A stretch of 64,000 bases of DNA from Paragordius varius (Eukaryota > Animalia > Nematomorpha): contig OZ176052.1 in NCBI GenBank assembly GCA_964247055.1, positions 13,268,001-13,332,000 on the forward strand, in the 5' to 3' direction. The notes under the pieces are model-generated. The model saw nothing but the letters and a program-made list of their open reading frames with translations. It had not been told where the DNA came from and made no database searches. Position numbers and translations under genes: made by a program. Every line of letters begins with the position of its first letter. The stretch's first letter is position 1. This document shows positions 53,101-64,000 of the stretch, piece by piece.

Positions 53101-54199
53101 AACATAATTATTTTTTATACATTCTCTTAGTAAGACTACATCAAAAACAGAAATAGTTTGACAAACTCTTTCATATCCGATTTTTACAACGATACTTTAA
53201 AAATTAATGTATTAAACTAGTCGCATCAATACTCAAGTTAAAATTTGTCCTTAAAAATCGGATATTGGTCACCGGTGGACAAAATTATTTTTTATACATT
53301 CTCTTAGCAAGACTACATCAAAATATAGAGATAGTTTTACAAACTCTTTCATATCCGATTTTTACAACGATACTTTAAATATGAATGTATTAAACTAGTC
53401 GCATCAATACTCAAGTTAAACTTTGTCCTTAAAAATCGGATATTGGTCACCGGTGAACAAAATTATTTTTTATACATTCTCTTAGCAAGACTACATCAAA
53501 ATATAGAGATAGTTTGACAAACTCTTTCATATCCGATTTTTACAACCATACTTTATAAATTAATGTATAAAACTAGTCGTATCAATAAATCGCATCAATA
53601 CTCAAGTTAAACTTTGTCCTTAAAAATCGGATATTGGTCACCGGTGAACAAAATTATTTTTTATACATTCTCTTAGTAAGACTACATCAAAATATAGAGA
53701 TAGTTTGACAAACTCTTTCATATCCGATTTTTACAACGATACTTTATAAATTAATGTATAAAACTAGTCGCATCAATACTCAAGTTAAACTTTATCCTTA
53801 AAAATCGGATATTGGTCACCGATGAACAATATTATTTTTTATACATTCTCTTAGCAAGACTACATCAAAATATAGAGATAGTTTGACAAACTCTTTCATA
53901 TCCGATTTTTATAACGATACTTTATAAATTAATATATAAAACTAGTCGCATCAATACTCAAGTTAAACTTTATCCGTAAAAATCGGATATTGGTCACCGG
54001 TGAACAAAATAATTTTTTATACATTCTCTTAGTAAGACTACATCAAAATATAGAGATAGGACAAACTCTTTCATATCCAATTTTTACAACGATACTTTAA
54101 AAATTATGGTATTAAACCAGTCACATCAATACTCAAGTTAAACTTTGTCCTTAAAAATCGGATATTGGTCACCGGTGAACAAAATTATTTTTTATACAT

Positions 54200-56380
54200 T
54201 CTCTTAGTAAGACTACATCAAAATATAGAGATAGTTTGACAAACTCTTTCATATCCGATTTTTACAACGATACTTTAAAAATTAATGTATAAAACTAGTC
54301 GCATCAATACTAAAGTTAAACTTTATCCTTAAAAATCGGATATTGGTCACCGGTGAACATAATTATTTTTTATACATTCTCTTAGTAAGACTATATAAAA
54401 ATATAGAAATAGTTTGACAAACTCTTTCATATCCGATATTTACAACGATACTTTAAAAATTAATGTATTAAACTAGTCGCATCAATACTCAAGTTAAACT
54501 TTGTCCTTAAAAATCGGATATTGGTCACCGGTGAACATAATTATTTTTTATACATTCTCTTAGTAAGACTACATCAAAATATATAATAGTTTGACAAACT
54601 CTTTCATATCCGATTTTTACAACGATACTTTAAAAATTAATGTATAAAACTAGTCGCATCAATACTCAAGTTAAACTTTATCCTTAAAAATTGAATAGTG
54701 GTCACCGGTGAACAAAATAATTTTTTATACATTCTCTTAGTAAGACTACATCAAAATATAGAGATAGTTTGACAAACTCTTTCATATCCGATTTTTACAA
54801 CGATACTTTAAAAATTATGGTATTAAACTAGTCGCATCAATACTCAAATTAAACTTTGTCCTTAAAAATCGGATATTGGTCACCGGTGAACAAAATTATT
54901 TTTTATATATTCTCTTAGCAAGACTACATCAAAATATAGAGATAGTTTGACAAACTCTTTAATATCCGATTTTTACAACGCTACTTTAAAAATTAATGTA
55001 TAAAACTAGTCGCATCAATACTCAAGTTAAACTTTGTCCTTAAAAATCGGATATTGGTCACCGGTGAACAAAATTATTTTTTATACATTCTCTTAGTAAG
55101 ACTACATCAAAATATAGAGATAGTTTGACAAACTCTTTCATATCCGATTTTTACAACGATACTTTATAAATTAATATATAAAACTAGTCGCATCAATACT
55201 CAAGTTAAACTTTATCCGTAAAAATCGTATATTGGTCACCGGTGAACAAAATAATTTTTTATACATTCTCTTAGTAAGACTACATCAAAATATAGAGATA
55301 GTTTGACAAACTCTTTCATATCCGATTTTTACAACGATACTTTAAAAATTATGGTATTAAACTAGTCGCATCAATACTCAAATTAAACTTTGTCCTTAAA
55401 AATCGGATATTGGTCACCAGTGAACAAAATAATTTTTTATACATTCTCTTAGTAAGACTACATCAAAATATAGAGATAGTTTGACAAACTCTTTCATATC
55501 CGATTTTTACAACGATACTTTAAAAATTAATGTATAAAACTAGTCGCATCAATACTAAAGTTAAACTTTATCCTTAAAAATCGGATATTGGTCACCGGTG
55601 AACATAATTATTTTTTATACATTCTCTTAGTAAGACTATATAAAAATATAGAAATAGTTTGACAAACTCTTTCATATCCGATTTTTACAACGATACTTTA
55701 AAAATTAATGTATTAAACTAGTCGCATCAATACTCAAGTTAAACTTTGTCCTTAAAAATCGGATATTGGTCACCGGTGAACATAATTATTTTTTATACAT
55801 TCTCTTAGTAAGACTACATCAAAATATATAATAGTTTGACAAACTCTTTCATATCCGATTTTTACAACGATACTTTAAAAATTAATGTATAAAACTAGTC
55901 GCATCAATACTCAAGTTAAACTTTATCCTTAAAAATTGAATAGTGGTCACCGGTGAACAAAATAATTTTTTATACATTCTCTTAGTAAGACTACATCAAA
56001 ATATATAGATAGTTTGACAAACTCTTTCATATCCGATTTTTACAACGATACTTTAAAAATTATGGTATTAAACTAGTCGCATCAATACTCAAATTAAACT
56101 TTGTCCTTAAAAATCGGATATTGGTCACCGGTGAACAAAATTATTTTTTATATATTCTCTTAGCAAGACTACATCAAAATATAGAGATAGTTTGACAAAC
56201 TCTTTAATATCCGATTTTTACAACGATACTTTAAAAATTAATGTATAAAACTAGTCGCATCAATACTCAAGTTAAACTTTGTCCTTAAAAATCGGATATT
56301 GGTCACCGGTGAACAAAATTATTTTTTATACATTCTCTTAGTAAGACTACATCAAAATATAGAGATAGTTTGACAAACTC
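54200..56380 (+). repeat. 7-monomer higher-order repeat, period 1245 bp, about 1.7 copies
   Basis: TTGAATAGTG 54691/55936, CTATATAAAA and CTCTTTAATAT recur at offset 1245. Confidence 0.88.
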
Positions 56381-59259
56381 TTTTTTATCCGATTTTTACA
56401 ACGATACTTTAAAAATTAATGTATAAAACTAGTCGCATCAATACTCAAGTTAAACTTTGTCCTTAAAAATCGGATATTGGTCACCGGTGAACAAAATTAT
56501 TTTTTATACATTCTCTTAGTAAGACTACATCAAAATATAGAGATAGTTTGACAAACTCTTTCATATCCGATTTTTACAACGATACTTTAAAAATTATGGT
56601 ATTAAACCAGTCGCATCAATACTCAAGTTAAACTTTGTCCTTAAAAATCGGATATTGGTCACCGGTGAACAAAATTATTTTTTATACATTCTCTTATTAA
56701 GACTACATCAAAATATAGAGATAGTTTGAAAAACTCTTTTATATCCAATTTTTACAACGATACTTTAAAAATTAATGTATAAAACTAGTCGCATCAATAC
56801 TCAAGTTAAACTTTATCCGTAAAAATCGGATATTGGTCACCGGTGAACAAAATAATTTTTTATACATTCTCTTAGTAAGACTACATAAAAATATAGAGAT
56901 AGTTTGACAAACTCTTTCATATCCAATTTTTACAACGATACTTTAAAAATTATGGTATTAAACCAGTCGCATCAATACTCAAGTTAAACTTTGTCCTTAA
57001 AAATCGGATATTGGTCACCGGTGAACAAAATAATTTTTTATACATTCTCTTAGTAAGACTACATCAAAATATAGAGATAGTTTGACAAACTCTTTCATAT
57101 CCGATTTTTACAACGATACTTTAAAAATTATGGTATTAAACTAGTCGCATCAATACTCAAATTAAACTTTGTCCTTAAAAATCGGATATTGGTCACCGGT
57201 GAACAAAATTATTTTTTATATATTCTCTTAGCAAGACTACATCAAAATATAGAGATAGTTTTACAAACTCTTTCATATCCGATTTTTACAACGATACTTT
57301 AAAAATTAATGTATAAAACTAGTCGTATCAATAAATCGCATCAATACTCAAGTTAAACTTTGTCCTTAAAAATCGGATATTGGTCATCGGTGAACAAAAT
57401 TATTTTTTATACATTCTCTTAGTAGGACTACATAATATTGAGATAGTTTAGCAAACTCTTTCATATCCGATTTTTACAACGATACTTTAAAAATTAATGT
57501 ATAAAACTAGTCGCATCAATACTCAAGTTAAACTTTGTCCTTAAAAATCGAATATTGGTCACCGGTGAACAAAATTATTTTTTATACATTCTCTTAGTAA
57601 GACTACATCAAAATATAGAGATAGTTTGACAAACTCTTTTATATCCGATTTTTACAACGATACTTTAAAAATTAATGTGTTAAACTAGTCGCATCAATAC
57701 TCAAGTTAAACTTTGTCCTTAAAAATCGGATATTGGTCACCGGTGAACAAAATTATTTTTTATACATTCTATTAGTAAGATTACATCAAAATATAGAGAT
57801 ACTTTGACAAACTCTTTTATATCCGATTTTTACAACGATACTTTAAAAATTAATGTATAAAACTAGTCGCATCAATACTCAAGTTAAACTTTGTCCTTAA
57901 AAATCGGATATTGGTCACCGGTGAACAAAATTATTTTTTATACATTCTCTTAGTAAGACTACATCAAAATATAGAGATAGTTTGACAAACTCTTTCATAT
58001 CCGATTTTTACAACGATACTTTAAAAATTATGGTATTAAACCAGTCGCATCAATACTCAAGTTAAACTTTGTCCTTAAAAATCGGATATTGGTCACCGGT
58101 GAACATAATTATTTTTTATACATTCTCTTAGTAAGACTACATCAAAATATATAATAGTTTGACAAACTCTTCCATATCCGATTTTTACAACGATACTTTA
58201 AAAATTAATGTATAAAACTAGTCGCATCAATACTCAAGTTAAACTTTATCCTTAAAAATTGGATATTGGTCACCGGTGAACAAAATAATTTTTTATACAT
58301 TCTCTTAGTAAGACTACATCAAAATATAGAGATAGTTTGACAAACTCTTTCATATCCAATTTTTACAACGATACTTTAAAAATTATGGTATTAAACTAGT
58401 CGCATCAATACTCAAATTAAACTTTGTCCTTAAAAATCGGATATTAGTCACCGGTGAACAAAATTATTTTTTATATATTCTCTTAGCAAGACTACATCAA
58501 AATATAGAGATAGTTTGACAAACTCTTTCATATCCGATTTTTACAACGATACTTTAAAAATTAATGTATAAAACTAGTCGTATCAATAAATCGCATCAAT
58601 AATCAAGTTAAACTTTGTCCTTAAAAATCGGATATTGGTCACCGGTGAACATTATTTTTTATACATTCTCTTAGTAGGACTACATCAAAATATAGAGATA
58701 GTTTAGCAAACTCTTTCATATCCGATTTTTACAACGATACTTTAAAAATTAATGTATAAAACTAGTCGCATCAATACTCAAGTTAAACTTTGTCCATAAA
58801 AATCGAATATTGGTCACCGGTGAACAAAATTATTTTTTATACATTCTCTTAGTAAGACTACATCAAAATATAGAGATAGTTTGAAACTCTTTCATATCCG
58901 ATTTTTACAACGATACTTTAAAAATTAATGTGTTAAACTAGTCGCATCAATACTCAAGTTAAACTTTGTCCTTAAAAATCGAATATTGGTCACCGGTGAA
59001 CGAAATTATTTTTTATACATTCTCTTAGTAAGACTACATCAAAATATAGAGAAAACTCTTTTAAATCCGATTTTTACAACGATACTTTAAAAATTAATGT
59101 ATAAAACTAGTCGCATCAATACTCAAGTTAAACTTTATCCGTAAAAATCGGATATTGGTCACCGGTGAACAAAATAATTTTTTATACATTCTCTTAGTAA
59201 GACTACATCAAAATATAGAGATAGTTTGACAAACTCTTTCATATCCAATTTTTACAACG

Positions 59260-62200
59260 ATACTTTAAAAATTATGGTATTAAACTAGTCGCATCAATAC
59301 TCAAATTAAACTTTGTCCTTAAAAATCGGATATTGGTCACCGGTGAACAAAATAATTTTTTATATATTCTCTGAGCAAGACTACATCAAAATATAGAGAT
59401 AGTTTGACAAACTCTTTCATATCCGATTTTTACAACGATACTTTAAAAATTAATGTATAAAACTAGTCGTATCAATAAATCGCATCAATACTCAAGTTAA
59501 ACTTTGTCCTTAAAAATCGGATATTGGTCACCGGTGAACAAAATTATTTTTTATACATTCTCTTAGTAGGACTACATCAAAATATAGAGATAGTTTAGCA
59601 AACTCTTTCATATCCGATTTTTACAACGATACTTTAAAAATTAATGTATAAAACTAGTCGCATCAATACTCAAGTTAAACTTTGTCCTTAAAAATCGAAT
59701 ATTGGTCACCGGTGAACAAAATTATTTTTTATACATTCTCTTAGTAAGACTACATCAAAATATAGAGATAGTTTGAAACTCTTTCATATCCGATTTTTAC
59801 AACGATACTTTAAAAATTAATGTGTTAAAATAGTCGCATCAATACTCAAGTTAAACTTTGTCCTTAAAAATTGGATATTGGTCACCGGTGAACAAAATTA
59901 TTTTTTATACATTCTCTTAGTAAGACTACATCAAAATATAGAGATAGTTTGACAAACTCTTTCATATCCGATTTTTACAACGATACATTAAAAATTAATG
60001 TATTAAACTAGTCGCATCAATACTCAAGTTAAACTTTGTCCTTAAAAATCGGATATTGGTCACCGGTGAACAAAATAATTTTTTATACATTCTCTTAGCA
60101 AGACTACATCAAAATATAGAGATAGTTTGACAAACTCTTTCATATCCGATTTTTACAACGATACTCTAAAAATTATGATATTAAACTAGTCGCATCAATA
60201 CTCAAATTAAACTTTGTCCTTAAAAATCGGATATTGCTCACCGGTGAACAAAATTATTTTTTATACATTCTCTTAGTAAGACTACATCAAAATATAGAGA
60301 TAGTTTGACAAACTCTTTCATATCCGATTTTTACAAGGATACTTTATAAATTAATGTATAAAACTAGTCGTATCAATAAGTCGCATCAATACTCAAGTTA
60401 AACTTTGTCCTTAAAAATCGGATATTGGTCACCGGTGAACAAAATAATTTTTTATACATTCTCTTAGTGAGACTACATCAAAATATAGAGATAGTTTGAC
60501 AAACTCTTTCATATCCGATTTTTACAACGATACTTTAAAAATTATGGTATTAAACCAGTCGCATCAATACTCAAGTTAAACTTTGTCCTTAAAAATCGGA
60601 TTTTGGTCACCGGTGAACAAAATTATTTTTTATACATTCTCTTAGTAAGACTACATCAATATATAGAGATAGTTTGACAAACTCTTTCATATCCGATTTT
60701 TACAACGATACTGTAAAAATTAATGTATTAAACTAGTGGCATCAATACTCAAGTTAAACTTTGTCCTTAAAAATCGGATATTGGTCACCGGTGAACAAAA
60801 TAATTTTTTATACATTCTCTTAGCAAGACTACATCAAAATATAGAGATAGTTTGACAAACTCTTTCATATCCGATTTTTACAACGATACTTTAAAAATTA
60901 TGATATTAAACTAGTCGCATCAATACTCAAATTAAACTTTGTCCTTAAAAATCGGATATTGCTCACCGGTGAACAAAATTATTTTTATACATTCGTAAGA
61001 CTACATCAAAATATAGAGATAGTTTGACAAACTCTTTCATATCCGATTTTTACAACGATACTTTAAAAATTAATGTATAAAACTAGTCGCATCAATACTC
61101 AAGTTAAACTTTATCCTTAAAAATTGGATATTGGTCACCGGTGAACATTATTTTTTATACATTCTCTTAGTAAGACTACATCAAAATATAGAGATAGTTT
61201 GACAAACTCTTTCATATCCGATTTTTACAACGATACTTTAAAAATTATGGTATTAAACTAGTCGCATCAATACTCAAGTTAAACTTTATCCGTAAAAATC
61301 GGATATTGGTCACCGGTGAACAAAATAATTTTTTATACATTCTCTTAGTAAGACTACATCAAAATATAGAGATAGTTTGACAAACTCTTTCATATCCGAT
61401 TTTTACAACGATACTTTAAAAATTATGGTATTAAACTAGTCGCATCAATACTCAAATTAAACTTTGTCCTTAAAAATCGGATATTGGTCACCGGTGAACA
61501 AAATAATTTTTTATATATTCTCTTAGCAAGACTACATCAAAATATAGAGATAGTTTGACAAACTCTTTCATATCCGATTTTTACAACGATACTTTAAAAA
61601 TTAATGTATAAAACTAGTCGTATCAATAAATCGCATCAATACTCAAGTTAAACTTTGTCCTTAAAAATCGGATATTGGTCACCGGTGAACAAATTATTTT
61701 TTATACATTCTCTTAGTAGGACTACATCAAAATATAGAGATAGTTTAGCAAACTCTTTCATATCCGATTTTTACAACGATACTTTAAAAATTAATGTATA
61801 AAACTAGTCGCATCAATACTCAAGTTAAACTTTGTCCTTAAAAATCGAATATTGGTCACCGGTGAACAAAATTATTTTTTATACATTCTCTTAGTAAGAC
61901 TACATCAAAATATAGAGATAGTTTGAAACTCGTTCATATCCGATTTTTACAACGATACTTTAAAAATTAATGTGTTAAACTAGTCGCATCAATACTCAAG
62001 TTAAACTTTGTCCTTAAAAATTGGATATTGGTCACCGGTGAACAAAATTATTTTTTATACATTCTCTTAGTAAGACTACATCAAAATATAGAGATAGTTT
62101 GACAAACTCTTTCATATCCGATTTTTACAACGATACATTAAAAATTAATGTATTAAACTAGTCGCATCAATACTCAAGTTAAACTTTGTCCTTAAAAATC

Positions 62201-62450
62201 GGATATTGGTCACCGGTTAACAAAATAATTTTTTATACATTCTCTTAGCAAGACTACATCAAAATATAGAGATAGTTTGACAAACTCTTTCATATCCGAT
62301 TTTTACAACGATACTTTAAAAATTATGATATTAAACTAGTCGCATCAATACTCAAATTAAACTTTGTCCTTAAAAATCGGATATTGCTCACCGGTGAACA
62401 AAATTATTTTTTATACATTCTCTTAGTAAGACTACATCAAAATATAGAGA
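59260..62450 (+). repeat. 12-monomer higher-order repeat, period about 2151 bp, about 1.5 copies
   Basis: 13-bp insertion 59467/61618, GTTTGAAACT 59771/61921, GATACATTA, TATGATA and TTGCTCACC at offsets 2150-2151. Confidence 0.82.
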
Positions 62451-64000
62451 TAGTTTGACAAACTCTTTCATATCCGATTTTTACAACGATACTTTAAAAA
62501 TTAATGTATAAAACTAGTCGCATCAATACTCAAGTTAAACTTTATCCTTAAAAATTGGATATTGGTCACCGGTGAACATTATTTTTTATACATTCTCTTA
62601 GTAAGACTACATCAAAATATGATAGTTTGACAAACTCTTTCATATCCGATTTTTACAAGGATACTTTATAAATTAATGTATAAAACTAGTCGTATCAATA
62701 AGTCGCATCAATACTCAAGTTAAACTTTGTCCTTAAAAATCGGATATTGGTCACCGGTGAACAAAATAATTCTTTATACATTCTCTTAGTAAGACTACAT
62801 CAAAATATAGAGATAGTTTGACAAACTCTTTCATATCCGATTTTTACAACGATACTTTAAAAATTATGGTATTAAACCAGTCGCATCAATACTCAAGTTA
62901 AACTTTGTCCTTAAAAATCGGATTTTGGTCACCGGTGAACAAAATTATTTTTTATACATTCTCTTAGTAAGACTACATCAAAATATAGAGATAGTTTGAC
63001 AAACTCTTTCATATCCGATTTTTACAACGATACTTTAAAAATTAATGTATAAAACTAGTCGCATCAATACTCAAGTTAAACTTTATCCTTAAAAATTGGA
63101 TATTGGTCACCGGTGAACAAAATAATTTTTTATACATTCTCTTAGTAAGACTACATCTATATATAGAGATAGTTTGACAAACTCTTTCATATCCGATTTT
63201 TACAACGATACTGTAAAAATTAATGTATTAAACTAGTGGCATCAATACTCAAGTTAAACTTTGTCCTTAAAAATCGGATATTGGTCACCGGTGAACAAAA
63301 TAATTTTTTATACATTCTCTTAGCAAGACTACATCAAAATATAGAGATAGTTTGACAAACTCTTTCATATCCGATTTTTACAACGATACTTTAAAAATTA
63401 TGATATTAAACTAGTCGCATCAATACTCAAATTAAACTTTGTCCTTAAAAATCGGATATTGCTCACCGGTGAACAAAATTATTTTTTATACATTCTCTTA
63501 GTAAGACTACATCAAAATATAGAGATAATTTGACAAACTCTTTCATATCCGATTTTTACAACGATACTTTAAAAATTAATGTATAAAACTAGTCGCATCA
63601 ATACTCAAGTTAAACTTTATCCTTAAAAAATGGATATTGGTCACCGGTGAACATTATTTTTTATACATTCTCTTAGTAAGACTACATCAAAATATAGAGA
63701 TAGTTTGACAAACTCTTTCATATCCGATTTTTACAAGGATACTTTATAAATTAATGTATAAAACTAGTCGTATCAATAAGTCGCATCAATACTCAAGTTA
63801 AACTTTATCCTTAAAAATTGGATATTGGTCACCGGTGAACAAAATAATTTTTTATACATTCTCTTAGTAAGACTACATCAAAATATAGAGATAGTTTGAC
63901 AAACTCTTTCATATCCGATTTTTACAACGATACTATAAAAATTAATGTGTTAAACTAGTGGCATCAATACTCAAGTTAAACTTTGTCCTTAAAAATCGGA
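62400..64000 (+). repeat. Partial 6-monomer repeat (offset 1078 bp), related to about 60300-61200
   Basis: CAAGG at 60334, 62656 and 63734; GAACATTA deletion and AAG-type 13-bp insertion recur at offset 1078. Confidence 0.7.

Larger units (their letters stand above)
1..64000 (+). repeat. AT-rich 178-bp tandem satellite DNA array (about 360 head-to-tail monomers, single orientation), running off both window ends
   Basis: ATATAGAGATAG recurs at 1, 179, 355 (2-bp deletion), 546 (13-bp insertion) and so on to the end. The GGTCACCGGTGAAC core or a 1-2 nt variant appears about every 178 bp. No reverse-oriented or non-satellite stretch was seen. Confidence 0.99.

Noticed and set aside
58251-58355. 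Second possible compensatory pair (AAAAATTGGATAT followed by ATATCCAATTTTT)
   Set aside because: The TTGG allele is frequent, and the other CCAA copies (about 1.09, 54.07, 56.75, 56.92, 59.25 kb) follow non-complementary arms, so chance is sufficient.
1-64000. CRISPR-like array (palindromic constant motif with variable intervening sequence)
   Set aside because: The intervening sequence is not a set of unique spacers. The whole 178 bp is about 90-100% identical between units, and no cas genes are present.
1-64000. Embedded transposon, inversion or unique insertion
   Set aside because: None was seen on a start-to-end read. The largest indels are +13 and -15 bp and all monomers share one orientation.

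Overview
The whole 64 kb window is one uninterrupted, head-to-tail AT-rich tandem satellite array: about 360 monomers of 178 bp (hand-counted consensus about 27.5% GC), all in one orientation. I found no transposon insertion, unique sequence, RNA gene or credible CDS. The seven identical 61-aa ORFs are chance read-throughs of single monomers. Consensus, phased on position 1: ATATAGAGATAGTTTGACAAACTCTTTCATATCCGATTTTTACAACGATACTTTAAAAATTAATGTATTAAACTAGTCGCATCAATACTCAAGTTAAACTTTGTCCTTAAAAATCGGATATTGGTCACCGGTGAACAAAATTATTTTTTATACATTCTCTTAGTAAGACTACATCAAA. It looks like eukaryotic heterochromatic (centromeric, pericentromeric or subtelomeric) satellite, but I cannot assign the organism or family. 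The interest is structural: (1) each monomer has a perfect 14-bp inverted repeat and several short palindromes, and some variants perfect these symmetries; (2) the array is a patchwork of short-lived higher-order repeats (3- to 15-mers, mostly 2-4 copies) whose periods I checked by hand with diagnostic SNPs/indels; (3) a 13-14 kb super-duplication (about 1-8.3 kb vs 14.1-21.3 kb); (4) spatially segregated variant lineages, including 191-, 175- and 163-bp monomers. I found no protein-coding system. Block boundaries are approximate (about +/-1 monomer).
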